64,000 nt of DNA, from positions 17,586 to 81,585 of IMG/VR virus record IMGVR_UViG_3300045988_156148, one strand, 5' to 3'. The stretch is from a virus. Shown here in pieces: positions 1 through 9,549 of this stretch; the first letter of the stretch is position 1; every line of letters starts with the position of its first letter. Position numbers and translations under genes: made by a program. The notes beneath the pieces are model-generated. The model saw only the letters and a list, made by a program, of their open reading frames with translations, was not told the origin of the DNA and did not search any database.

Positions 1-3000
1 CTTATTGATTACAGTGGTAATGGCAGAGATATTCAAATGAATAATCTAGCTTGGAAAGGCGGTAGTGGTATTGCAGCTAAACAATACGAAACATTTAAAG
101 ATTGGACTTCTGAATCTTCTTCAACTTCAATAATAACACAAATAGATGAATTTACTAGAATTGTAGAATCTACTACAAATGGTTATTGGGTAAGTAGAAT
201 AAGAAGAGATTCTGATTTAAATAAGGTATATGATGCTATAAATGTTTATCTTTATCAAGATAATAATTCCTTAGTACACGAATGTAAATATGAAGTAGAT
301 GGAATAAAGTATAGTATTCCTATAAATGAATCAGTTGGAAAAGGTTATCATAAGTTAGAAATGTATACTAAAGATAGATATACAGAACTTCCTGAAAATG
401 CAGAAAATGTTGTTCTATCAGAATGGTATTTTCCTAAGTCAACTAAAGGTTCTATAAAATATAGTATTATTCCTAGTTGTAAAGGCGGTATTCTATTAGA
501 CGGTATCAATGACTTCGGTAAGGTGACAGGGATGCCTGTTTACAAAGACTTTACGGTAGTAACCGATAGAGAAATGTTTGCTCATATTGGAGCTATATCG
601 TCAAAGAATAATCCAGGAGCATTTATTGAAACTGCTGGAAATAGTGTTTATAGTTTTGGTCAAGGTACTTCTGGTCTAAATTTTATTTCTACTAGAAGTA
701 TATCTTATTTATCTAAATACTCTTATTGCGGGCAATCTATAACAGCAGGTGCAGCAGAAGATGGCACTGATATGTGGTTAGGAACAATTCGAGATAATGA
801 TTCTCGTTTCTTAAATGGAACTATCTACTCTCTCATGTCTTTCCCATATAGTATGTCCGAGTTCTTGATAGAGCGTCAGTTGAAGAAGCACAAGCTGGGT
901 ACGCTGTATCCGGATATGGTGGAGTTTAGACCTGTTATAAAGAGTAACGTTTTATTAGATGCTAAGCCAACATTCGTTATTCGTGGTACTAGTACTTATC
1001 TAAATGCAGGAGATTATGTTCCTGAAAATAGTCAAATATGGGTAAGTATTAAGATGAATAACATTGCCGATAGAATAACTAAGTTTACTGTTAATGGCAA
1101 AACTATTGATATTCCTGAAAATGCTTATAGTGAAGTCACATTGCAATATGGTTTCCCTTTTGTAATAGATAAGTCTCCACAAAAGATTAGCATAACTATT
1201 GAACAGGATGAAAACTACGTCAAATTTGAACCTGTTATTACAAGTAATGTAGAATATGTTAGGTTAGATTTTTATTTAAATAATTATCAAAAGAGAATTA
1301 ATATAGGCGATTATATACCCAAAGATGCTTATCTTAGAGCCAATCTTTATCTAAAAAATAATGTTGATGAACTTACAGTATTTACATTTAACGGAGTAAA
1401 TATTGGTTATAGAAGAAGTTCCGTTGATGATACGGCTTTTAATATTAGCCAAATATATAATTATGACTCTCCACAAGAAGTAAATATTACTATTGACGAG
1501 TACATCAGATACGAGGACATTGTACAACCTTATCCGGTTCTATTGAGATTCAACGATGAAAACGGTAATGAAGTATCTTGGGGAGACAAAATAAAAGTAG
1601 GTTCCAGTATTACTAGAATAGGTTCTGCCGCTGATTCTAATCTACTTCCTAATATATATAATATATTTGGATTATTATTGAATGACAATCAAGTAACTAG
1701 TTCTAAAGTTATTGTTGAAAAAACAATGGTATTTAAGGCTAAAAGTGCTTATATATTTGACAACAATGAACCGAAAGTAATTTTATCTCCTAGCAGGTTA
1801 AGAATACCTAACCCTAGTTATAAGATACTAGGTCATATCCCCGATATATCCGGTCATGGTAATCATGGAGTTATTCATAACTCGGCTTATGCAGGAGCGA
1901 GCGGAGCCAATGGTTATCCTTATGATTATAATAACTCTAGTTTTTGGTGTGATAGTATTCTGGCAAAAGTTGTAAGTGGAGAGCTAATAGAATATTTTGC
2001 AGTTAAAAACTCAACAGGATTTTCTAATATCACTAGTGGAGTTTATAAAGGAGAGATAAAAGTTACAGGTGTAACTAAAGCCATATCTGAAAACAAGATT
2101 TCACGACTAAGAATATATACTAACTCAACTACTGATAATGAATTAATTGATATTACACAAGACGGAAATTATAACATAGATATAAAAGGCGTTGGTGATG
2201 CTAATCGTGTATTCTTTTATGCTATTCCTAATAATCCAAATGAATCTATTGTCGTACGTTTAACTGAACCTATTTATATAGAACAAGTGGGTGAATACGA
2301 AGGAGCATACTGTCTTGATGGCGTGGACGACTTTGTTGCTATTCCTACTGTTACCGGTGGTAAACAAGTGCTGATGAAAGTGAATTGGCAAAGTGAGGTA
2401 GGAGCTGTGACATTATACGACCAAAGGCTTAATCTACCTGATTATGAATTTGCTATCTATAACGGTACGAGAGACCTCGATGACAATCCTGTTATAGCTT
2501 ATCAGGGAAGAAACAATGGACAAACATATATTGATGGAATCTTGAATAGTAATATTATGGCTTCGGAATTGAAGGCTATTACTCATAATATAACTATTAC
2601 AAATGAGTTGAGTTTGGGAACAAATAATACCTATCCTGTTATTGGTTCAACTAGGTCGAATACTCACTTCGCTCAAATGTCCCTCTACGACTTCATGCTC
2701 TTCGACAACATCTCAACAGACGACAAGATTAAAGAGCTGAATGAGTATGTAGGTATTGAAGCTAAGGTAGAATTACCACCTTATTATTGGGATGCTTATG
2801 GCAAAACCAATCTTGATGCAGATAAGGCAACTATTCAACAAAGAGGTGTAGCCGTAGGTGATTATGATTTGATTAATAATAACTTTGCTTATGAAGGCAT
2901 GTCAGGTTATAATGGTTATCCTGTTGTGTTTGGTGCTAGTAAAACTTGGGCGAATGAATCTAACGGATATGTTAGTAGTATTACTAGTAATACTATTCAT

Positions 3001-3798
3001 ATTACTAATGTTCTAAATGCAGGTTTAGCTTTATTATATTCTTATGTTAAATATAATGGTAATCTTCAAAATATAAAAGAAATACCTCCTTTTAAGATTG
3101 AAATTAAAGGGTTAGAAGGTAGGTCTAAATTTATATATAAGTATTTAGCAACAAGCGATGCAACTAAGGAAACAAATCTATATCTTGGGAATGGTACTCA
3201 TGAACTACCCAAATCGTTCCTTCCGACAGAGGCTTTGGTTAATGATGCTGTGGTAGGTTTTTCAATAAGTCCAATTGAAGAAGGAGTTACCAATTTTTTA
3301 AGTGATATTACTATTGAAGTTCTTCCTGAATATGAAAATGGTTTAGCTTATGATGGAATAACTGATTATAGCAAGAATGCTAATATTCCTGTGCTTACAG
3401 ATTATACTTATATTTATAAAAGAACTATTATAAATATCCCGATTAATGCAGCAACTTTGTTAAAGGGTGCTGATAAAACTAGTGGCGGTGCATTTATTGC
3501 TGATTATGGAAATAAATGGCAATTTAATTTTGGTCAATATAATATTATACAAGGTATAGCTGATGGAATAAATTGGCAAACTGTCAATAGCTTTAATGGG
3601 ACTTCTATTAATAAGGGGGAGAATACTGATGATAGTGGAATTACAGTAGCTAAATTTAGTAATGGATATACCAGTATGGTATTCTACAAACTAATCCTCT
3701 ATCCGAAAACCATATCGTTACTAGAGATTAACTTCCTAAAGAACCTGATGGAGAAAGACGAAATAATTGATTTAAATAATAAAATATTTATACAATAA
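1..3798 (+). CDS. Large modular tail fibre / receptor-binding protein; 5' end probably lies outside the window
   Basis: ORF from ATG 37, but the frame is open to nt 1 (LIDYSGNGRDIQ), which matches internal motifs (DISGHGNHG.., NFAYEGMSGYNGY). Three LamG/concanavalin-like modules each open with xDGxxDF/Y (LLDGINDF, CLDGVDDF, AYDGITDY) and close with YSLMSF / LYDFMLF / FYKLILY. There are also tandem ~95-aa beta-sandwich repeats (PVIxSNV..GDYxP..FTxNG..SPQxxxITI). Confidence 0.75.
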   Translation, partial: LIDYSGNGRDIQMNNLAWKGGSGIAAKQYETFKDWTSESSSTSIITQIDEFTRIVESTTNGYWVSRIRRDSDLNKVYDAINVYLYQDNNSLVHECKYEVDGIKYSIPINESVGKGYHKLEMYTKDRYTELPENAENVVLSEWYFPKSTKGSIKYSIIPSCKGGILLDGINDFGKVTGMPVYKDFTVVTDREMFAHIGAISSKNNPGAFIETAGNSVYSFGQGTSGLNFISTRSISYLSKYSYCGQSITAGAAEDGTDMWLGTIRDNDSRFLNGTIYSLMSFPYSMSEFLIERQLKKHKLGTLYPDMVEFRPVIKSNVLLDAKPTFVIRGTSTYLNAGDYVPENSQIWVSIKMNNIADRITKFTVNGKTIDIPENAYSEVTLQYGFPFVIDKSPQKISITIEQDENYVKFEPVITSNVEYVRLDFYLNNYQKRINIGDYIPKDAYLRANLYLKNNVDELTVFTFNGVNIGYRRSSVDDTAFNISQIYNYDSPQEVNITIDEYIRYEDIVQPYPVLLRFNDENGNEVSWGDKIKVGSSITRIGSAADSNLLPNIYNIFGLLLNDNQVTSSKVIVEKTMVFKAKSAYIFDNNEPKVILSPSRLRIPNPSYKILGHIPDISGHGNHGVIHNSAYAGASGANGYPYDYNNSSFWCDSILAKVVSGELIEYFAVKNSTGFSNITSGVYKGEIKVTGVTKAISENKISRLRIYTNSTTDNELIDITQDGNYNIDIKGVGDANRVFFYAIPNNPNESIVVRLTEPIYIEQVGEYEGAYCLDGVDDFVAIPTVTGGKQVLMKVNWQSEVGAVTLYDQRLNLPDYEFAIYNGTRDLDDNPVIAYQGRNNGQTYIDGILNSNIMASELKAITHNITITNELSLGTNNTYPVIGSTRSNTHFAQMSLYDFMLFDNISTDDKIKELNEYVGIEAKVELPPYYWDAYGKTNLDADKATIQQRGVAVGDYDLINNNFAYEGMSGYNGYPVVFGASKTWANESNGYVSSITSNTIHITNVLNAGLALLYSYVKYNGNLQNIKEIPPFKIEIKGLEGRSKFIYKYLATSDATKETNLYLGNGTHELPKSFLPTEALVNDAVVGFSISPIEEGVTNFLSDITIEVLPEYENGLAYDGITDYSKNANIPVLTDYTYIYKRTIINIPINAATLLKGADKTSGGAFIADYGNKWQFNFGQYNIIQGIADGINWQTVNSFNGTSINKGENTDDSGITVAKFSNGYTSMVFYKLILYPKTISLLEINFLKNLMEKDEIIDLNNKIFIQ

Positions 3799-3799
3799 A

Positions 3800-4096
3800 A
3801 TGAAAAAGTTAATTGAAAAAATAAAAGCTTGGTATAAAGAAAGCAATAGAGATAAGCACTCATACGTGGGTGCTATCATCTATTGTACTTTTTTTGTAGT
3901 AGGTTTTGCATTAGGGATAGAACTTATTCCTAATGCTGTTATCGCTACAGGAGCTACAGTAGCTTCTATGATGTCAGCTGAATATAAAGACAAGGAACAT
4001 GGCTCTTTGTTTGATTGGCTAGATATTCTTGCGGGTATGACATATCCTATACTGATTGATATTGTTTGTTTAATTATTTACTTAATTATAAAATAA
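3800..4096 (+). CDS. Small membrane protein (2-3 predicted TM segments), holin-like size
   Basis: 98 aa with hydrophobic stretches (YVGAIIYCTFFVVGFALGIELI, ILAGMTYPILIDIVCLIIYLII). Starts 2 nt after the upstream stop. Confidence 0.5.
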   Translation: MKKLIEKIKAWYKESNRDKHSYVGAIIYCTFFVVGFALGIELIPNAVIATGATVASMMSAEYKDKEHGSLFDWLDILAGMTYPILIDIVCLIIYLIIK

Positions 4097-4097
4097 G

Positions 4098-4454
4098 ATG
4101 AAATATATTGTATTACCAAAATCCGTTTTAGACGAAGTTCCACAAGAGACGTTAAATGAGTTGCATTTAGTACCTAGAGTAAGCACAGATGGGGAATCTG
4201 TATTAATGAAAGTCGCAAATTACGAATTACTTTTCCCTCTTGCTGTAACTCTTCCTGAACTAGGAGAAGATACTCCTGTTGAACCAATATATCCATATCC
4301 TACTTATGAAGGAGATGCCCTAAATACTTTATTGCAAAGTAGCGAATGGACTAGTCAAGATAATTCTGTTTTAGGCGAATCTATTCTTGAATCTCCAACG
4401 GTGAAAACTACTTCTTCTAAAACAAGAAAGAGTACAAAAAATACCGTGTTATAA
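4098..4454 (+). CDS. Hypothetical protein
   Basis: Tightly packed co-directional ORF. No motif recognised. Confidence 0.5.
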   Translation: MKYIVLPKSVLDEVPQETLNELHLVPRVSTDGESVLMKVANYELLFPLAVTLPELGEDTPVEPIYPYPTYEGDALNTLLQSSEWTSQDNSVLGESILESPTVKTTSSKTRKSTKNTVL

Positions 4455-4464
4455 AAAATATTAT

Positions 4465-4472
4465 TATCTTTG
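4465..4472 (+). promoter_or_regulatory. Bacteroidota-type -7 box TATCTTTG
   Basis: Matches TAnnTTTG, 31 nt upstream of ATG 4503, in an intergenic gap. Confidence 0.35.
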
Positions 4473-4502
4473 TATAAATATTAACAAAGAAATATAGAAA
4501 TA

Positions 4503-4892
4503 ATGGATTGGTCAAATATTATACAATTAGCATTAGCTATAGGGGGAAGTGGGGGAATATTGACAGTATTGATAGCTTTCTATAAAGCACGTCCTGAAAA
4601 AATATCCTACGAGGTAAAAACTCTTCGTGAAATAATAGAAACTATAAAGAAAGAGAGAGAAGAGGACAAGCTAGAGGATGCACAAGAAAGGCAAAAATTG
4701 GAACGAAGATTAGGTGAAATAGAAATAACCAATTCTGTATTACAGAAAGCTATTCAACAATGGGTTAAATGTTCCCATTTACCAAAAGATGCAGTGTGTC
4801 CCGTATCTGATTTCGTAGACCGAGCCGAAGAGCTAATAACTAAAAAGGTAGAAGCGTTGCACCAATCCATGGAAGAAAATAATAAAGAATAA
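4503..4892 (+). CDS. Membrane-anchored coiled-coil protein
   Basis: N-terminal TM segment (IIQLALAIGGSGGILTVLIAF) followed by a charged helical region. Confidence 0.55.
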   Translation: MDWSNIIQLALAIGGSGGILTVLIAFYKARPEKISYEVKTLREIIETIKKEREEDKLEDAQERQKLERRLGEIEITNSVLQKAIQQWVKCSHLPKDAVCPVSDFVDRAEELITKKVEALHQSMEENNKE

Positions 4893-4897
4893 AGAAC

Positions 4898-4929
4898 CCC
4901 ACTACGCAAATGTCGATAAACGTAGTGGG
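4898..4929. terminator. 9-bp stem hairpin, possibly a bidirectional terminator
   Basis: CCCACTACG (4898-4906) pairs with CGTAGTGGG (4921-4929). A T-rich tract follows on the - strand and an A-run follows on the + strand. Confidence 0.4.
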
Positions 4930-5003
4930 AAAAAATGTCCTTATCCAAAGCCATATAATAAACACATACAAATATACGGCTTTATTTTAAAATAGCAAAT
5001 ATA

Positions 5004-8000
5004 ATGGTAGAAAAGTTACTTATATATACTGATGATGAGGAATTAGGCGTTATATCTTTCCCTAAAGATGGAACGCAAGCTGCCCTTAGTAGTTATACAT
5101 TCACCGAGGGAAGAATGGGTAGCGTAAATATAAGTAGCAGTCCCATGTATCCTAAGTGCTTGGATGATGAATGGACGCAGAGGGAATTTGTGGAATTTAG
5201 GGGAGAAAGATATTGGATTTTAGATACACCTACTTCATCTAAGTCAAATACAGATCTAAGATATAAACATGAGCTTGTATTTAAATCCGATAGAACTAAA
5301 CTGGATAATACTTATTTCTTTGATGTAGTATCTCCTGATGCAGGTGATGTAGACCAATTTGTCAGCAATAGTACAAAGTTCACCTTCTTTGGAGATATTG
5401 CAGAGTTTGCAACAAGATTGAATTACTCTTTACAATACAGTGGAGTAGGTTATTCTGTTGTAATTGACGAAGGTATATCCTCCGAAGCTAAACTAATGTC
5501 GTTTGAGGACAAGTATTTTAGTGAAGTTCTACAAGAAGTATTTAATGTTTATGAACTACCTTATTATTTTGTCGGTAAGGTAATCCATATCGGATTTACT
5601 AATAATGCTATTACTCATACATTTAAATACGGTTATGATAGGGAACTACTGACAATAACCAAAACAAACGCAAACTATAAAATAGTTAATCGCTGTACAG
5701 GTATCGGTAGTACTGAAAATATTCCTTATTACTATCCAAATGATACAAGAAAAGGAGATGTCAGGGCTGTTGCCGGAGAAGATAATATCTCAATTAAAAC
5801 AGAAGATATACAAATCGTAAATAACGATTTATATAAAGAGAAGGTTTCATTGGAAGAAAAGGTTGAATTTAAAAAAACTAAGCTTCCTATTACTACTCAA
5901 TTATACATTAATTTAAATGAGCAATACCCTTATACACAAGCGGTAGAGACTGTTCCTACTATTAGAGATGGAGCTACAGCGAATTTTAAATGGTTTGAAA
6001 CGTCTTATAATTATTATGCAATAATAGATTTATCTAATGAAGCTACTATTTATTTAACTTTAAAATTATGGGCTAACTTAAAATATTCCTATATACAAAA
6101 GGGCGGTATTATATTGGGAGAAAAGCAAGCTGCAAGAAAAATGAATTTTGCTTCATTTTCTTTATATAAAAGAAATGAATCAGATACAGATTGGGTTTTA
6201 ATTAAAGCCGACCAAAAGTCTGAAACGACAGTATCGTTTAATCTTAATGAAGGAACAAATAAATTAAAAATAGTAGGTTCTTATTCTACCTTAGTAAATG
6301 TTAGTGATTATTATGTATATGGGAATCAAAAAGCTTTTCTTGAAATAAGTAGAGAATCAACAGCAGAATATAACTTATGGAGTTATAAAGATAATACTGT
6401 TAGTCTTAGCGATATTGGTATATATATTACAAAAACACCTTCTATTGGAGATTACTTTGTTCAAAAGCAAGTTGAAGGGAATTATATGATTACTTCTCCT
6501 AATCTATTGCCATCTATATACAGAGAGACGTTTGGTGCAGAACGATTCTATGACGCAAAAAACCAAACCTATATAAATCCTGATACAGAAAGCTACTACG
6601 ACTTCGAGAACCCTTATACGGAAGGTAATCCTAAGGAAATGATTGTTTCTTTTGATTATATCAAGCCGACTATCAAAGGAATTGAGAATGCAGCAGGATA
6701 TAAAATAGGAGAAATATTAGATGTAGCTTTTGATGATGATGATAATGATGAAATAGACCCTAACACAAATGAATACGAACATAAATATTTCTACATAAAG
6801 CTAAGAAAGTTTGATGGGGATTATGGCTTTAATCTCTTTGACCAAGCTATCGTAGGTAGTGATATGACCATCTCAATGACGAGTGGTAATTGTGCTGCTT
6901 GTAATTTTGTCATATCCGTATTAGAAGTAGAAGATAAAGACAATAATATCACAATATTCAAGAATCCTGTACAAGTGGATTCTAGTGGCAATATTGTAAC
7001 AGGTAGTGAGGATGATAAATGGAATGAGGCAAATATTCAGCCTCAACAACAAGATACAACCACAAATGAGGTATGGATTAGGGTAAGCAAAGATGATGAT
7101 ACATTCGGAGTTGTAATGCCATCTAACAACCGCAACTATAAGCCTAAATCAGGAGATTCGTTTGTTCTGTTACATATTGATTTGCCTAAACAATATATCC
7201 TTAATGCAGAGAATGAGCTTAAAGAAGCTATCATTAAGTATATGGCTGCCAATAATAGTGAAAAATTCAACTTCTCTATTAACTTTAAGCGTACATTCTT
7301 TGCTGAATATCCTGAAATGCTTTCACAGATTGATGCTAATGCACGATTGCAGATAGAGTATAACAACAAGCTGTATGAACTGTATGTCAGTCAATACACT
7401 TATAAGGTAAATGAGACAGACCCTCTTCCTGAAATTACGGTAGAATTATCCGATACCATAACGATACGTAAAGGTAATGTCCAAAAATCTATTGATGCTG
7501 TAAAACAGGATATTATGTCGTCTATCGGTTCTATCGACTTTTTAAAGATGGGACTGAAATACTTTATTAGAAAAGATGTTGATGATACAGCTAACGGACA
7601 TATAATATTTAAAGACGGGATTTATGTTACTGGGAATAGCGAGGAAGGAGCTACCGATTTCCTGTGTGAAGGTGGCATAGATAATATTCAAGAGGGTAAC
7701 GGAGATTTCATACAGGAAGATTCCGGGATTATCAAAGCTGTAGAAATTCCTCAAACTCTTGGTAGTTTATATAATGTCAATCCTATTGTAGATGAGATTG
7801 CTACAGAAGATGTCGTACTTGTAAAAAAAGTTGGTTCTACGAAATGGACGCGGGAAAGAAAGAGTATGACAGAAGGCATAACTGATGCCCCAAGCAATAA
7901 CATCTTATATGGTCGTAAAAACAAAGAGTGGATTAAAGTTCCTGGCACTCCGACAAAACTTCCTAATCCTAATGCTCTTTCTTTTACAGGTGCAATACAA

Positions 8001-8729
8001 GCTATATATGATGGTTCTGCACCAATTACAGTTAACATACCGACAGGTGGCGGTGGTAGCATAACAATAGACGACCACTTGGATTTAAATTCAACAAATG
8101 CAGTGCAAAATAAAGTTGTAACTATGAATATAAATGAATTAATGGACGAGGTATTTAAAATTTCGTTCGATACTTTTGTTGGCGGAGGAACTTTTGAAAA
8201 GGGATCAGTTGTTACTCCGTATATTTTTTGGTCTATTTTATATAAAGATGAAGAAGTTGTACCAACAACTGCAACTGTAAATGGGAGCACGGAAGGAGTT
8301 AATGAGGAGAAATCCAAATATTCGTCTCCTACTACAATTACTACAGATAAAAATTATAAAGTGATTTGTACTTACGGAAGCCAATCTATTGAAAAAACAG
8401 CAAACTATATTTTTTCTTTGAAAAAGTATTGGGGCGCATCTTCTGTAACTGAATTGACCAATGGTGATGTGATGTTAATGAATAACGGATGGGCTAGTCG
8501 TACTATGGGGAAAACGACTTTTGATTGTACAGGTGGGAAATATATTTATTACATTATACCGTTTGATATTTATGGAGAAGGCGTTAGTTTTTGGATAAAC
8601 GGTTTCAAGAATACCGATGTTATTGTCTATGATATGGAAATAACAAATGGTAAAAATGTAACTGAAACATACAAAGTAATGCGTCTAAATAACATTCAGA
8701 CGGGAATTTTAGAAGTTGAATTTAAATAA
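5004..8729 (+). CDS. Large tail-tip / baseplate structural protein (Tal-like or fibre-like)
   Basis: 1241-aa ORF in the fibre module. The N-terminus resembles siphovirus tail-tip proteins, with a GGGG linker and beta-rich C-terminal domains. Antisense ORFs inside it are judged spurious. Confidence 0.65.
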   Translation: MVEKLLIYTDDEELGVISFPKDGTQAALSSYTFTEGRMGSVNISSSPMYPKCLDDEWTQREFVEFRGERYWILDTPTSSKSNTDLRYKHELVFKSDRTKLDNTYFFDVVSPDAGDVDQFVSNSTKFTFFGDIAEFATRLNYSLQYSGVGYSVVIDEGISSEAKLMSFEDKYFSEVLQEVFNVYELPYYFVGKVIHIGFTNNAITHTFKYGYDRELLTITKTNANYKIVNRCTGIGSTENIPYYYPNDTRKGDVRAVAGEDNISIKTEDIQIVNNDLYKEKVSLEEKVEFKKTKLPITTQLYINLNEQYPYTQAVETVPTIRDGATANFKWFETSYNYYAIIDLSNEATIYLTLKLWANLKYSYIQKGGIILGEKQAARKMNFASFSLYKRNESDTDWVLIKADQKSETTVSFNLNEGTNKLKIVGSYSTLVNVSDYYVYGNQKAFLEISRESTAEYNLWSYKDNTVSLSDIGIYITKTPSIGDYFVQKQVEGNYMITSPNLLPSIYRETFGAERFYDAKNQTYINPDTESYYDFENPYTEGNPKEMIVSFDYIKPTIKGIENAAGYKIGEILDVAFDDDDNDEIDPNTNEYEHKYFYIKLRKFDGDYGFNLFDQAIVGSDMTISMTSGNCAACNFVISVLEVEDKDNNITIFKNPVQVDSSGNIVTGSEDDKWNEANIQPQQQDTTTNEVWIRVSKDDDTFGVVMPSNNRNYKPKSGDSFVLLHIDLPKQYILNAENELKEAIIKYMAANNSEKFNFSINFKRTFFAEYPEMLSQIDANARLQIEYNNKLYELYVSQYTYKVNETDPLPEITVELSDTITIRKGNVQKSIDAVKQDIMSSIGSIDFLKMGLKYFIRKDVDDTANGHIIFKDGIYVTGNSEEGATDFLCEGGIDNIQEGNGDFIQEDSGIIKAVEIPQTLGSLYNVNPIVDEIATEDVVLVKKVGSTKWTRERKSMTEGITDAPSNNILYGRKNKEWIKVPGTPTKLPNPNALSFTGAIQAIYDGSAPITVNIPTGGGGSITIDDHLDLNSTNAVQNKVVTMNINELMDEVFKISFDTFVGGGTFEKGSVVTPYIFWSILYKDEEVVPTTATVNGSTEGVNEEKSKYSSPTTITTDKNYKVICTYGSQSIEKTANYIFSLKKYWGASSVTELTNGDVMLMNNGWASRTMGKTTFDCTGGKYIYYIIPFDIYGEGVSFWINGFKNTDVIVYDMEITNGKNVTETYKVMRLNNIQTGILEVEFK

Positions 8730-8779
8730 TTATTTACAAATGGGGGGGCAAAATCGCTCTCTCTCCAAAATATAATCTT

Positions 8780-9358
8780 ATGGCAGAAATCAAAGGTACA
8801 AATGTTGCATCTAAAATAGTTCCCTATACTGATTCAGACGAATATGCTACTCATGACGAAAAATATGGTGTAGGAGGATATAGAACAGTAGATAGTGTAA
8901 GCGAGATGAATGCTATTCCTGCTGCAAGAAGAAAAGAAGGAATGCTAGTAAATGTAAAAGGGGATAAAATTTACAAGCTTAACAGTAGTAATACGTTTGT
9001 TAATGCTGGACTTGGAGTTGGTGAAGTAACTGATTGGAATTCAGGCTCAAATCTCTCTCAAAACGGTTATCAAAAGTTTAGTAATGGGCTGATGATTCAG
9101 TGGGGGACAAGAGCCGGAGCAACCAGGGGGGCAATTAATCTGTATTTTCCTACCAGTTTCTATAATACTGATTATAACATTTATTTCACTGGGGCAGTAA
9201 ATAATACAAGTGAATCTTTTATATATGCTCCGGGGTATGACCTTAATGGTAAATATACATCATATTGTAGAGTTCTCACCCGTGGAATAAATTCAACTCC
9301 GGCTATTGTTTGGACTAGCTGGAATTTTACATGGTTAGCTATAGGACGTTGGAAGTAA
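8780..9358 (+). CDS. Tail fibre protein with exchangeable C-terminal receptor-binding domain
   Basis: 192 aa. The C-terminal domain starts at NGYQKFSNGLMIQWG, a motif typical of fibre C-terminal domains. Inverted-repeat copy IR-L lies at this domain boundary. Confidence 0.7.
   Translation: MAEIKGTNVASKIVPYTDSDEYATHDEKYGVGGYRTVDSVSEMNAIPAARRKEGMLVNVKGDKIYKLNSSNTFVNAGLGVGEVTDWNSGSNLSQNGYQKFSNGLMIQWGTRAGATRGAINLYFPTSFYNTDYNIYFTGAVNNTSESFIYAPGYDLNGKYTSYCRVLTRGINSTPAIVWTSWNFTWLAIGRWK
9056..9078 (+). repeat. IR-L of a 23-bp perfect inverted repeat
   Basis: TCTCAAAACGGTTATCAAAAGTT, read directly from the sequence. Its exact reverse complement is at 9486-9508. Confidence 0.9.
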
Positions 9359-9469
9359 CTATTTCCATCTACCTATTGCAATCCAATTATAAGCTTCTCC
9401 GGCAATAGTCCCATACTGTATAGATTTTATAATAAAGGCAGTAATCACTAAAGTTACACCACGCTGATT
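9359..9469 (-). pseudogene. Remnant of an alternative tail-fibre C-terminus (Sv'-like)
   Basis: The minus strand reads NQRGVTLVITAFIIKSIQYGTIAGEAYNWIAIGRWK*. Its end parallels FTWLAIGRWK* of CDS 8780..9358. It is in frame with IR-R but separated from it by three stops. Confidence 0.45.
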
Positions 9470-9485
9470 TTACAAATTTCATTAT

Positions 9486-9508
9486 AACTTTTGATAACCG
9501 TTTTGAGA
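9486..9508 (-). repeat. IR-R of the 23-bp perfect inverted repeat
   Basis: The forward strand reads AACTTTTGATAACCGTTTTGAGA, which is the reverse complement of 9056-9078. Confidence 0.9.
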
Positions 9509-9549
9509 TAGATTTGAAAATTAATTATTAAATTTACAAAAAAAAAGAC

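Noticed and set aside
4996-5003. Minus-strand TATATTTG box overlapping the start of gene 5004..8729
   Set aside because: No downstream minus-strand unit distinguishes it from the box at 4969-4976. TAnnTTTG occurs by chance dozens of times per strand at this base composition.
9056-9078. Canonical Hin/Gin-type hix/gix crossover site
   Set aside because: The repeat contains TTATCAAAA, like a hix half-site. However, the two half-site-like elements (TCTCAAAACG and TTATCAAAAG) are direct repeats, not a dyad around a 2-bp core. I therefore do not claim a canonical invertase site.
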